Positions 11,761-26,050 of a stretch of DNA of 64,000 nucleotides are shown piece by piece. The DNA lies in assembly GCF_009914755.1 (NCBI RefSeq), contig NC_060930.1; one strand, given 5' to 3'. This stretch comes from the human T2T-CHM13v2.0 reference genome, Homo sapiens. The position numbers were made by a program, and so were the translations under genes. The notes under the pieces are model-generated. The model saw only the letters and a program-made list of their open reading frames with translations. It did not search any database and was not told the DNA's origin. Position 1 is the first letter of the stretch, and every line of letters begins with the position of its first letter.

Positions 11761-13499
11761 ATGATTGTGCTCTTTGGGGCAACAAAACAGATTAGGGCAA
11801 TGCATCATGAGGACCTCTTGCCAAGTTACTAACAGAGGAAGTCTGTATCACTGCAGTGGGATCTTAGGGTGCCTCCCTGTTTTATGCCTGGAAAAACAAG
11901 CACAACATGCACAATTACAAACAAAAAAACTAGGGTTGGCATTGCCAAAACTTTCACTGATAACTTCTTTTTCCAGCTGTACTGTTTGTGCACACATGCA
12001 AACATATTTGTCCTGTTTGTTTGGAAATAGGGATGGAGATAGAACATAGAATGCAAGTAATGTTAGTTATCAGCATTTTGCTCAGTATTTCTTTAACTTC
12101 CATGAGTACTGTTGTTTAGTAAAACAATTTATTGCTTAGTAGGTGCTATTAATTTTAAATAAATTGAGTTTTGTATTTCATATTTTAAATTTCATTCATT
12201 CATTCACTGGTATTTTTAGGGGGGAGTTATAAACACACATAAAAAGACTTACAACATTCTTCCTGGATCATCTACTGAAACTGCCCCCTCCAGCTTTCCT
12301 CAGGCCCTCAGCCCAGGTCTGTCCCTTGTGCTGTTTTGAGGGAGTGCTCCCGACTAAGAAGCCCCTCAGGGGAGGCACTGGGAACTGAGACCTTCTGCTC
12401 TGCAGTAACCAAGTGGGGAGGGAGTTGCTTCCTGGCATTTTGATTATGAGAACCATGAGTTTAAACCTGATGCCTTCAACCAACTGTGACTTCAACACTG
12501 AGTTGCAGCAATGGTTTCACCTTGACGTGAACGGTCACTGGGGGTGAGTGCTCCATCCCTCTTCCCCATCTCTCAGGATTGCCCCCGAGGTCCACAGCAG
12601 ATAAGATCACACCAGAAAAGGTATCCACCTCATCTGATGTAGACTTCTGGGACAATCCTGAGCAACTGCTCACAACAGGAAATACATTCTCAGCTGATTT
12701 TTTGAAGGCATGTGTGGTGCCCTAGAAGACATCCAATTCAGCATTGACTCCCATCAGTGAAGGCTTTTAAGGAAGATGCTCCTCCTTGTGGCCATTTAAA
12801 TCCATGTTTCCCCGGGGGTACTCCCTGGACCTGGAAGGCTGAGCTCATCTGCAGTGTTTGCTTAGAAATGGAAAATTCCAGGTCTCAGTCCAGAAATACT
12901 CTTTGAGGGTAGAATCTTACTTTTAAATAAAGCACTTCTTAAGTACAGTGATGTTTAAACATCACTACTGTAAAACAAACAAGCAAACTACAGCTGATGT
13001 TCATTGTTCAAGGTAGTTCTGTTCTGTAAACTCACTGCAAACACTGAATTCACAAATACTGAACCACTGACCTTAGGGAAAATATAAGATTAGGTTCCTG
13101 GGAGCCTCTGGACACAAGATTTTCATTCACTGATCAAAACAAAACTTAATTTTATGTGTGTTTCTGTTTAAAGACACTTTATTTTCCATCCAGTGCTGAT
13201 TCATGAACACTGAAACTCACGCCAGGATGAAGGTCCTCTACCACGTGGATTATTTCCATGGGGCAGAGCACACTAGACAGCGCACCAGCACTGTGATTGG
13301 AGGCTTTTTTCAAAGAAAAGTTTTGGTAAAATATACATAACACAAATATACCATGAAGTACATTCACACTGGTGTTGTGCTTAACATACATGATCCATCA
13401 CCACCTGCAGAACTTTATCATCAGAAACCCTGCCCCACTCAACAACAGCTCCCTGCTCCTCCTTCCCTTGGGGGCCACTTTATTTATTTATTTTTTACA

Positions 13500-13685
13500 T
13501 TTACTGATTTATTATAAGGGATATTACAAAGGATGCAGATGGAGAGATGCAGAGGGCCAAGCAAGTGGGAAGGTGTGTGGTGCTTCCCTGCCCTCTCTGG
13601 GCACGCCACCCACCAGGAGCTGCCACATGTTCAGCTACCTGGAAGCTCTCCAAATCCAATCCTTTTGGATTTGTAGGGAAGCTTT
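13500..13685. mobile_element. LTR fragment (MER21-like)
   Basis: ttattataagggatattacaaaggatgcagatggagagatgc...gttcagctacctggaagctctcc. Confidence 0.55.
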
Positions 13686-13849
13686 TTAAAAATGTTTTTT
13701 CTCCAAGTTTTTATTGTGGTAAAATACATATTACATAGTATGTATTATCTTTTTTATGTTCTATTTTTTTATTTCCATAGGTTTTGGGGGAAGCTATGTT
13801 TATCACAGTTTCTTTATGCACTGGTTGATTGATGGTAAAGAATATATCA

Positions 13850-14140
13850 TATATATATGATGGAATACTACTCAGCCATAAAAAGGAATGAATTAATGGC
13901 ATTCTCAGCAACCTGGGTGGGATTGAAGACCATGATTCTAAGTAAAGTAACTCAGGAATGGAAAACCAAACATCATATGTTCTCAATGCTAAGTGGGAGC
14001 TAAGCCATGAGAATGCAAAGGCATAAGAACGATGCAATGGACTTTGGGGACTCAGGGGGAAAGGGTGGGAAAGGGCAGAGGGATAAAAGGCTACAAATTG
14101 GGTCCAGTGTATACTGCTTGGGTGATGGGGGCACCAAAAC
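13850..14140 (+). mobile_element. L1PB-type 3' region fragment, truncated before the poly-A
   Basis: gatggaatactactcagccataaaaaggaatg...gtaactcaggaatggaaaaccaaacatc...ggactttggggactc. Confidence 0.8.
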
Positions 14141-14190
14141 CTTGGGGACCACTTTAAACAGTTAAATCCCCAATAAAAACACAAAAACGT

Positions 14191-14508
<318 letters not shown>

Positions 14509-15239
14509 CACAAAACCAGATATCCTGGGCAAAGGACCCTTGTTTACAGTGTGAGCTGGAACAGGGACGCAGAACGGCAACTGTTGGACCTCAGGTCAGA
14601 ACACTCACGGTTTTCACTTCTCGTTGCCTGTTTTTGCTCATGTCCACAAAAGAGCAAAAGCAATGACAGTGTTGATTTTGCGGTTATAAATACATTTTAG
14701 CAAGTAGGCGAATTTGCAAATACGGAACCTGTGAGTAATGAGGGAGCTGCCGTGTATTGGTTTGTTTGGGAAGAGGCTCCCTAATCAGGATGGGTGCTGG
14801 ACCTGAGAGCAAACTCACAAAGGAGTCAGTCTGCACTAACCTGAGTCCCTGACCAATGCACACAGAGGACCTGAAGGGCTCCCGCACCCATTGCTGCAGG
14901 CACATCATGGGCCTCTGTAAGGTAACAGCTTAAAAACATTCACTTTTGCACATCACAGGTCAGAGTCCTGGGCCATCCTGGCAGGGATGATTCACCCATT
15001 TGTCTGCCCAGCTTGCTTTTCATTCACTCAACACATGTTGACAGGTCAACATAGACTGGGCTTTGAGGATAGTTAAGGGGTACACGGAATACATCTAACA
15101 GGGCTTTGTTTCCACGAAGAGTGTTCAGGCCCGTATTGCAACCCACCAACTGGAAACAGCATTGATGTGGCTGATGATGTCAAGAGTTCCTTTAACCTAA
15201 TCAGCTCTGACTCCTGGAAGAGAAAGCTGGAGTGCACAG

Positions 15240-15640
15240 ATGGATGAATGTATTCGTTAGTTCAATCAATATCTATTGAGTGTCTGGGATTGCCAGGTGC
15301 CAGGGACACTGCTGTGAATGCATGACAAACCTTCCTGCCCTCTTAAGGCTGACATTCCAGTGGGAAGACAATGAGCAGATAGTAAAACAAGCACACAGCC
15401 TGTCCTCTCGGGGGGGCGCTATGGAGGCAACAAAGTAGGGGATAGGGATGGAGGGGTGTGCTGTCAGGTGCTGGAGGAGAGGCAGGGTCCAGGAGAGGAG
15501 GGTGTGGACATAAAGGGGGGACGAGGGCCCCAGTAGGGTCTCCTAGGGCAGGCTGCAGTCAGCAGCTTTTCCTGTGCGAAGGGGAGCCACTGAAGGCTCC
15601 GAGCAAGCAGAGAATGGTGTGATCCAACAGCAGTCGCAGG
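15240..15640 (-). mobile_element. L2 remnant
   Basis: ttcaatcaatatctattgagtgtct...tgccaggtgccagggacactgctgtgaa...ggagccactgaagg. Confidence 0.55.
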
Positions 15641-16667
15641 AGGACAGATGGGAGTTCGCTGGGAAGGGGAGCAGAGACCGAAAGACCAGAGGGAGCAACT
15701 GCAGTCCTCCAGGCAAGGGAAGGGAGTGACGGGTTGGCATGGGAGCCGAGGGGCTGCGAGAAGTTAGGGGATCTGGGATAGAGTTTGATGGCAGAGGTGA
15801 CAAGGATGTGCCACTCCAGAAACAGGAGCAAGAGCCTCCTCTCTGGATGCATATTTCCATAGGCAGACAAAAATCAGTTGCACACCTCAAATAGACAGAA
15901 AGGGTTTTTGTTTTTGCCTGTTTTTAAGAAAAATCTTAGATCCCTGCCCTTCAGACTCTGACCAGGCAACTCTTAGGAAAGACTCCCCAAAGCTTCCATG
16001 TGGTGTGACCCACATGCAGTGCAGTCACATCCTGAGGTCTGTGGCTCTGAGTCTCCTTCCAGCAGCCACTGTGGTGGGGCCAGGACGCCTGCGCTCCCCT
16101 ACTACACCCATTCCCACATTCCCATGGAAAGAGAAATTTGTGATTTATAAAGAATCAGAGAATAACCAAGTAATATCTTTCAGTATTAACTGAGATACAT
16201 GATTTCACATCATAAAAATTTCCCTAAAGCATGTAAAAATAATTCGGTGATTTTCCTCCAGTTACCTTGTAAATATGTTGTAAGTTGTTTTAAACGTCAC
16301 AAATTCACAGGTGGCATGAAACCAGGGAAGGTTTCATGTCCAAGCCAATTTGAGGTGGAGAGAGGAAGACTATAAATAGGATGCTTTGCAAACTTAGTGT
16401 GGACAATTCTTATGTGAAATGCAGCACATACTTACACATTTGTCTTGAAAATAGGTTCACAAGTTAAGAGACTGTGGATGCCGTTATGTACCAGTGCATG
16501 GCCACATCTGGTCAACTCGACCACGTTTAACAGTCTAAAGGGTGATGATGAGGCTGAAGTCACAGAAATTCACTACTGAAAACCCAGAAGAGCAGTAAAT
16601 AGAATCCTGATGAATTCAGGACCACACTAACAGGTGCACTAAGAGCAAGTGAGTCAAAGAACACTGA

Positions 16668-17046
<379 letters not shown>

Positions 17047-18479
17047 TAATCTCTACAGTGCCTTTTAGTCACATACATATTTAAACTCAAAAAATTCCAT
17101 GCCAATTGCCTATAACAGGAAATTAAAACTGACTGTGTTTGGGAGCAGTTTGTGGCCTCTCAGGAGGAGCTGCCAACCACACCGTGAGGACCTTGCTCCA
17201 GGTGGTCTAGGTTGTCCTGCATTTCATTGTTGTCTTCTGGCTTTTATGCATTTAGCTTTCATTTCGGGTTGCTCTAAGAAACAGGATTCTGAAACTCATA
17301 CTGAGTTTACTGGGGCAAAGTAGAGGACACTCCTCATTTATCATTCTGTGAGCCTTAAATGAAGCCCCACGTGAAAAATTATTTTTGGAGCAAAATCCTA
17401 GAAAACAGGTTTAATGTCATCACTAGAAAGAAGCATTCAACCCCTTCTGACAATATAAACTAGATAACTGCATATAACTACCTTTTAATGTTGGCAGGAA
17501 GCTCCGAGCCCAATTTGAAGCAAAATATACCAACCACCTAAGTTGATACAATATAGCACATTCATTTCCTTTCTCCCATTTGTCCCATGTTTTCTTTATA
17601 AAACTTTTATAAAAGTTCCTTGGCGCTAATTTTTAAATTTTTATTTATATTTCACAATTACTTAATTGTATGGGAGTTAGTCATACAATACTTCACTATC
17701 AATCAATAAACAAAAATGAATATAGATGATATGACACAGATATACTACAATAGCTCTTAAAATACAGATAAGAAACATACTGCAAATAACAAGGTTCTTC
17801 CAGAATCCAGAAATAAAATAAACTTTTCTGAATGTAACTGTTGAAGATAAGATAAACTTTCTTGAAATGTGCATGAATAGGTGACCACAAAATCCCCAAC
17901 CAAGAAATCAAGATGTAACCAACTTGAAGCATGGCTGTATTAGCAATACTGAGTGTCCTTAAGGCATAAATAACATGCCTAAAGGGAATATGCCTAAGGG
18001 GAAATGCAATTATCCAAAAGCTGGTAAGACTGAAATAAATTGGGCTGTGGGAGCGTAGGTTGGTTGTGTAACCTGCCCAAGGACCCTGCTTGTCATGTTA
18101 CCACTAAAGACACCTCATTGTGTACTGCAAATCTATGCTTCGCTGTTCTGGCCCATTTACTAAACAGCAGCCAGCCAGATCCTTTATAAGAAAAAAAAAT
18201 CTAATATTGTCACCACCTGCTTATAAAACTTTAAAGAATTATTGTTCTTAAAGTTTGTCAGAAAAAACTGTGGAAGACTTTGAAGAAAAATTACATGCTA
18301 TAAGCAAAATTAAAAGACCAAGAAAGAATTGGGAAAAATTAGAAGACAAGGTTCTAAAGGAACCCTGAAAAACATAACAGAGGGTTCAAGGGTAAAGAAA
18401 TCATACACTATGATCTATCCTCCTCTCTCTCCACCAGAATGGGCAAAGGCCCTAACAGATTAACTAGAATAAACAGTGA

Positions 18480-19020
18480 ATAAGATAATAAGTAAGAGTT
18501 TAACTTCATTAGTCAAAGACCAAAGCAGAAAATAATTTGCTTTCTTACACAGCAATTTAACAAAGAATTTTAAGTGATAATACACAATTTTTCACAGAGT
18601 AAATTGTGAAATATCATATGTGGCTAGTGGGAGTGAACCCCTCTTCACCTTCCTCGAAAGCTATTTGGCAAATCCCATCAAAAAGATTAAGACATGGACA
18701 GATATTTTAATATTTAAGCATAAAGTTGTTCATGGAACATCATTTTATACTAGGCAAAAAAATTAATGTCCCCAAATAGGGAAATAGTTAAACGAATTAT
18801 GGCAGACTATTATGTGACCATGAAAAACATCAAATGAAGAATTTCAATAATAGGAAAATGCCTGTTTTCCCAAAAACAAAAAGAAATTAACATATAATAC
18901 TATGTGTACAGCATGGTCCAAGTAAGTTAAAATGTTAATGAAGATTATGTAGGAGCTATGACATTTAGATTCATGACTTTACTCTTTAAAATATTTTTTC
19001 TATACAGTCTTAGTTATCTT
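18480..19020 (+). mobile_element. Old L1 (L1ME-like) 3' remnant
   Basis: ggctagtgggagtgaacc...tgtccccaaatagggaaatagttaaacgaattatgg. Confidence 0.5.
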
Positions 19021-19029
19021 TAAAATGTA

Positions 19030-22000
19030 TGCTTTACCACCACCTGGAAGCTCAAGAACCAGACTGCTCAGCCTACCACCACCACCATTTGTGCCCAAAA
19101 ATTGACGCACCTGGCATTCCTGCCCCAAGCAAAGTCTCACCACAGTCTCCACTAACAACCACAGCCTTAGCCACTGAAAAACTCACAGACACCACCAACA
19201 CTGAATACAACTGAAGAAATCACAAGGAGACTACTCTACTGTGCTCACCCAGAATCAAAGATAAAGCATTCTACCCAACCCACACTACAGATACATCTGT
19301 TAAGAAAGCATTATTCTATAAAGCCAATTTTATAAATTGGAAGAAGCAACTGTTAAACTAGATCCAAATATATCAATGTAAGGACATGAGAAACATGAAA
19401 AGCAAGGAAACGTGACACCACCAAGGAACATAATAATTCTCTAGTAACAGAGCCCAAAGAAAAGGAAATCCATGAAATGTTTAAAAAAGAATTCAAAATT
19501 ATGATATTAAAAAAACTTAGTGAGATACAAGAGAGCACACAAAGAAGCCAAAAACCAAATCATGATCTGAATTAGAAATTCAACAAAGAGATAGACAGAT
19601 AGCATAAAAGGAACCAAATATAAATCCTCAAATTTAAGAATTCAATAAAAGAAATAATAAATACAATCAAGAGCTTCAACAATTGACTAGATCAAGCAAA
19701 ACAAATATTTTCTGCACTTGAAGACATGTCTTTTAAAATAACTCAGACAAGAAAAAAAGGGATAAAAAAAAAGAAGAAAGTCTATGTGCTATATGGGACA
19801 CCATAAAGTAATCAAATATTTGAATTTTGGGAGTTCCACAAGAAGAGATGAGTAAAGTAATAGAAACCCTATTTAATGAAATAATAGCTAAAAAAAATTA
19901 TCAAGTCTTGCAAGAGATATACACATCCAAATACAGGAACCTCAAATATCTTCAACTAGATTCACACCAAAAAGGTCTTTTCCAAGGAATTTTTAGGGTT
20001 TAAATTTAGAGTTTAAAAGAGGAAGAAATGAACAAAGGATATACAAACAATCAGAAAACAATTAACAAAGTGCAGAAGTAAGTCCTCACCTACAAATAAC
20101 ACCACAAATGTAAGTGGTTTAAATCCCCCAATTAAGAGATATAGACTGGCTAAATGGAAAAAAAAAATAAGACCCAAGTATATGTTTCCACAAGAAACTC
20201 ACTTCACCAGTAAGAGTTTAAATATGTGTGTGACTAAAATGCATTGTAGAGATAATTTAGTTACTTAAAATCAGGATGTGTAAAACAAAGTTAAAACATA
20301 TATGACCGCATCTGTTGAAGCTCTAACTCAGTGTTTTTTGACTCACCTTGCCCTTAGTGCACGTGTTGGTGTTGTCCTGAATCACTAGGATTTTATTTAC
20401 TGCACTTCTGGCTTTTCAGTAATGAATTTCTGTTAATTCATTTCGTTAAGCATGATTGGGTTGACCATACACAGTCATGCACTGGTGCGTAAGGGCATCC
20501 GCAGTCTCTTAACTTATGAACCAATTTTCAAGACAAGTGTGCAAGTATGTGCTGCATTTAGAATAATAATGATCTATACTAAGGTTGCAAAGCGTCCTGT
20601 TAATAAGCCTTCATCTCTTCACCGCAAATTATAGACAAACTGTCAAAAATGAAAGACAAAGAGAATTCTAAAAACAGCAAAAAAAAAAAAAAAAGAGTCA
20701 GTTCTTTCATAAGAGAATATAAGAGAATCTCCATTGGAATAATAGCAGATTTCTCACCAGAAATCTAACAGGCCAGGAAAAAATGGGATGACATAGTCAA
20801 AGTGCTGAAAGAAAAAAAAAAACCTGCCACCCAAGAATGCTATACCCACCAAAGCTATTCTTCAAAAATAAAAAAGAAGTAAAGTCTTTCTCATACAAGC
20901 AAAAACTGGTGAATTCATCATTATTAGACTAGTGCTACAAGAAATACTCAAGGGAGTTCTACATCTAGGAGAGAAAGGATGATATATACCATCATGAAAA
21001 CACACAAAAATATAAAACTCACTGGAAAATACACAAATGAGAAATAGAAAGGAGTTAAATGTTATCACTGGGAAAACCCCACCAAATTATAAAGGTAAAT
21101 AATAAAAGAGGAAGATATGAACAAAAATGTACAAACAATCAGAAAATAATTAAGAAAGTGTAGGAGTAAGTTCCCACCTACAAAGAACACCATAAATGTA
21201 AATGGTTTAAATCCCCCAATTAAAAAATATAGACTGAATGGAAAAAAAAAAAAACCATGAGACCCAAGTATAATTTTCCAGAAGAAACTCACTTCACCAG
21301 TAAAGACACACATAGACTGAAAGTGGAGGGATGGAAAAAAAAATTCCACACAAATGGGAACCAAAAGCTTGCAGGAGTAGCAAAACTTCTATCAGGCAAA
21401 ATATACTTTAAGTCTAAAAACAAAACAAAAAAAGACACAAAGAAGGTCATTATATAATAATAAAAGAATCAATTCAGCAAGAGGATGTAACAATTTTAAA
21501 TATGTATGCACCCAACACCAGAGTACCCTGATATATGAAGCCATTATTATTAGAGCTAAAGAGAGAAGTAGACCCCAATACAATAATTAGGGACTTCTAC
21601 ATCTCGCTCTCAGCACTTGACATAACACCTAGACAGAAAATCAATAAAGAAACATCAAACTTAATCTGCACCATAGAATAAATATACCTAACAGACATTT
21701 AAAGAACATTTCATTCAACAGCTACAGAATACGCATTCTCCTTATCAGCACATAGAACATTCTCCAGGACAGACCATATGTTAGGCTGTAATACAAGTCT
21801 CAACAAATTTTTAAAAATTGAAATAATATTAAGTATCTTCTCAGACTACAATGGAACAAAACTAGAAATCAACAGCAAGAGAAACATTGGAAACTATGCA
21901 AATACATGGAAATTAAACATGTTCCTTAATGACCATTGGGTCAGTAAAGAAATTAAGAGGGAAATTTTAAAAATGTCCTGAAACAAATGAAAATGGAAAC

Positions 22001-25000
22001 AGAATATTTCAAAACCTATGGTATACAGCAAAAGGAGTGCTAAGAGGAAAATTTACAGCAATAAATGCTTACATGCAAGAAGCAGAATGATTTCAAATAA
22101 ACAAACTAACAATGCACCTAACTAGAAAAGGAAGAACAAACCAAACCCAAAATTGGTACAATGAAACAAACACTAAGATTAGAGTAGAACTAAACAAAAT
22201 AGACTAAAATAAAAATAAAAGATCAACAAAACAAAAAATTGCTTTCTTGAAACCATAAACAAAATTGATAGACTGCTAGCTAGACTAAGCAAGAAAAATA
22301 GAGAGAAGGCCCAAATAAATAAAATCAGGAACAAAAAAGACCTTGCAATTGATACCACAGAAATGCAAAGGATTAGAGACTATTATGAACAACTATTTGA
22401 TATCTAATTCGAAAACCTAGAGGAAATGGATAAATTCCTAGACACATACAACCTATGAAGATTGAACCAGAAAGAACTAGAAAACCTAAACAGACCAGTA
22501 AAAAGTAACAAGATTGAATCAGTAATAAAAAGTCTTCCAACAAAGAAGAGCCCAGGTCCAGATGGTTTTCCTGCTGAATTCTATGAAACTTCTAAAGAAC
22601 AAATAAGACCAATTCTTCTCAAACTGTTACCAAAAATTGAAGAGAAGGAAATTCTTCCTAAATCATTCCATGAAGCCAGCATTACCCTGATACAAAAACA
22701 AACAAGGACATAATTATTTTAGAAAAGAAAGAAAACTACAGGCTAGTATCCTTGATGAACATAGATGCAAAAATCCTCAACGATGTAATAGCAAAACAAA
22801 TACAACAATTCACCAAAAAGATAATACACCATGGTAAAGTGGGATTTATCCCAGGGATGCGAGGATGGTTCAACATAAACAAATCAATAATGAGAGACAT
22901 CATATCAGCAGAATGAAGAACAAAATCCATATGGTTATCATATGGAAAGAACATACCTTATCATAATAAAGGCCATATATGACAAAGCCACAGCTAACAT
23001 CATACTGAATGGAGAAAAGCTGAAAGTCTTTTCTCTAAGAACTGGACCAAGGCAAGGATGCCCACTATCACCACTCTTATTCAACATCGTGCTGGAAGTC
23101 CTAGCCATAGCAATCAGGTAAAATAAAGAAATAAAAGGCATTCAAATTAGAAAAGAAGAAGTCAAATATTCCTCTTTGCAAATTACATGATCTTATATAG
23201 AGAAAAACCTAAAGATCCACCAAAAACTCTTAGAACTGATATATTCGGTAAAGTTGCAGAATACAAAATCAACATACAAAAGTTAGTAGCATTTTAATAC
23301 ACCAATAACAACCTAGCTGAAAAAAAATCAAGAAAGCAGTCTCATTTATAATACTACAAAAGAAAAAAAAACTCTTCCTAGGAATAAACCTAATCAAGGA
23401 AGTAAAAGACATCTACAATAAAAACTACAAAACACTGATGAAAGAAATCAAAGAGGACACAAACAAATGGGAAGACATCCAATGCTTATGAATTGAAAGA
23501 ATTAATGTTGTTAAAATGACTGTACTACTCAAAGCAATTTACAGATTTGATGCGTCCCCTATCAAAATACCAATAACATTCTTTGCAGAAATGGAAAAAG
23601 TAATCCTTAAATTCATATGGAATCACAAAAGACCATGAATAGCCAAAGCAATACTGAACAAAAAGAACAAAGCTGAAAGCATCATACTACCTTACTTGAA
23701 AATACACTACAAAGCTACAGTAACCAAAACAGCATGGTATTCGTATAAACACAGACACAAAGACCAATCGAACAGAATAGAGAATCAGAAACAAATCCAT
23801 GTATTTACAGCAAACTGATTTTTGACAAAGGCACCAAGAACATACATCAGGGAAAGGACACATTCTTCAATTTATGATGCTAGGAAAAGTGGATATCCAT
23901 ATGCAAAAGAATAAAACTGGACCCCTGCCTCTCACCATATACAAAAATCAACCCAAAATGAACTAAAGATGTAAACTTAAGAATAAAAACCATGAAACTG
24001 CTGGAAGAAAACATAGATAAAACACACTTCGGGATATTGGTTTAGGCAATGATTTTATGACAAAGACTTCAAAACCACAGATAACAACAACAAAATAGAC
24101 AAACAGGACTATATAAAACTAAAAAGCTTTGCACTGCCAGGAAAAAATCAACAGAGTGAAGAGAGACAATCTTTGGAATGGGAGAGAAAATATTTGCAAA
24201 CTACTCTTCCAACCATGGACTAATATCCAGAATATGTAAGGAACTCAAACAACTTAACAGCAAGTAAAACAAGCAATTCCATTAAAAAGTGGGCAAAGGA
24301 CCTGAATAAACATTTCTCAAAAGAAGACATACAAACGGCCAAGAAGTACATGAAAAATGCTCAAGATCACTAATCATTGTGGAAAAGCAAATCAAAATCA
24401 CAATGAGATATTGTCTCACTCCATCCAGTTAGAATGGCTACTATCGAAAAGACAAAAAATTACAAATGTTGGTGAGGATGCAGAGAAAAGGAAACTCTCA
24501 TACACTCTTAGTAGGAATGCAAATTAGTACAACCATATAGAAAACAATATGAAAGTTCCACAAAAGACTAAAAATAGAATGACCATACAATCCAGCAATT
24601 CCACTACTGGGTATTTATCCGAAGGAAAGGAAATTAGTATATCAAAGGGATACCTGCATCCCTGTGTTTCTTGCAGCACAACTCACAATAGCCAAGATAT
24701 GGAATCAATATAAGTGCCCAGGAGAGGATAAATAGATAAAGAAAATGTGGTATATATAGACAATGGAATATTATTCAGCCATAAAAAAACAAAATCTTGC
24801 CATTTGTAGCAACATAGATGGAATGGGAGGTCATTACATTAAGTGAAACAAGCCAGGCACAGAAAGCAAAATATCATGTTCTCACTCATGTGGGAGCTAA
24901 AAATGTTGATCTCATGGAGATACACAGTAGAATGATTGTCATCAGAGGCTGGGAAAGGCAGCGGAAATGGGAGATGAAGAGAAGTTGACTAATGGGCACA

Positions 25001-25245
25001 CACATGCAGTTACACAGGAGGAAGAATTCTAGTGTTCGATGGTAGAGTGACGATAGTTAATAATAATTTATTGTATATTTCAAACTAGCTAGAAGGGAAG
25101 ATTTGAAATGATACACAAAGAAATGATAGATGTTTGAGGTGATGGATATTCTAAATATCCTGATTTGGTCATTACACAGCGTACGCATGTATTGAAAAAT
25201 CACATCTACCCCATAAATATGTACAATTACTATTTATCAAGAAAA
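19030..25245 (+). mobile_element. Near full-length decayed L1 (L1MA-like) with ORF1/ORF2 remnants and 3' UTR
   Basis: ORF2 fragments ([24 protein letters not shown]; SDYNGTKLEIN; [22 protein letters not shown]) broken by stops and frameshifts; L1MA-type 3' UTR ending accccataaatatgtacaattactatttatcaagaaaa. Confidence 0.92.
19986..20630. other. Composite locally templated insertion inside L1 ORF1
   Basis: 20014-20213 is a direct copy of 21103-21303; 20214-20630 is the reverse complement of 16347-17088 without the Alu; L1 resumes at attatagacaaactgtc. Confidence 0.9.
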
Positions 25246-25559
25246 GAGGAAAAGGAATGAATTATTGATATAGGATGGATGAATCTCGCAAATATTGTGC
25301 TGAATAAAAACTTTATACAAATAAAAAATGTGTGCTTTACTTTTTTAACTAGAACAAAAAGCAAGAAAAGCTACAGATGTTTTGGACATGAAGGGATGAA
25401 GTGGTGGGGATGAGTCCTGGTGAGACAGCACTCCCGATGTGACCTGGTGAGGTGAATGCAGGGGGACAGGAGAGAGGATTGCATGGAGGGGAACTCTGGT
25501 CCTTCAAATGGCTGATTAGGTGGCACCAATTTTTTCAAGAGAAAACATTCAGCAGGAGA

Positions 25560-26050
25560 CATTTTGAGGGAAATATCTAGAGTAAGACTAGTTTAGGATA
25601 AGCTGAATTTGAGGTACCCTAGTGCTCTAAAGGGAGATGTCTGGCGAAAGTCAAGTTTATGGAGAATTAGCAGTGGGTGGATTTGCATGCACTCCCCAGG
25701 CAGGGTAAGTGCCAGGAAGAGCACCCAAAGGCAGAACCTCAGGGCAGAATGTGCCAACCCCAGGGGTGACGACTGAAGGTGAGCTGGTGCAAAAGGAGAC
25801 AGCAGCCTGGAGGGGAGTGCTTTGATCCTGGGGGTGGGGGTATGCTATGCCTGTGAAGGCTGGAGAAACAGGAGCATTTGGGAAAGGGCAAGAGGAGATA
25901 GGATCGAAGGTGGAAATCAAGGTATTTTCAAGAAAATGACAGACTGACTCAGTGAAGCTTTTCACTGGAGACCAATAAATCTGGAAAATTCAGCTGGGCC
26001 AAGATTGTGGAGGTGCTGAGTGTCAGAAGCGTTGCCTTGTTCTCTTCAGG
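25560..26050 (-). mobile_element. L2 remnant
   Basis: tagtttaggataagctgaatttgaggtaccc...aagggagatgtctgg. Confidence 0.5.

Noticed and set aside
19992-20000. TTTAGGG telomere-like heptamer at the insertion junction
   Set aside because: Better explained as a diverged copy of the inverted template (ggaattttttgagtttaaat); single unit only
20214-20630. Possible foreign (viral or NUMT) insert in the L1
   Set aside because: It is an inverted copy of local sequence 16347-17088
21257-23141. Short ORFs similar to L1 ORF2
   Set aside because: Fragments of a decayed L1 with many stops, frameshifts and an RT deletion; not functional CDS
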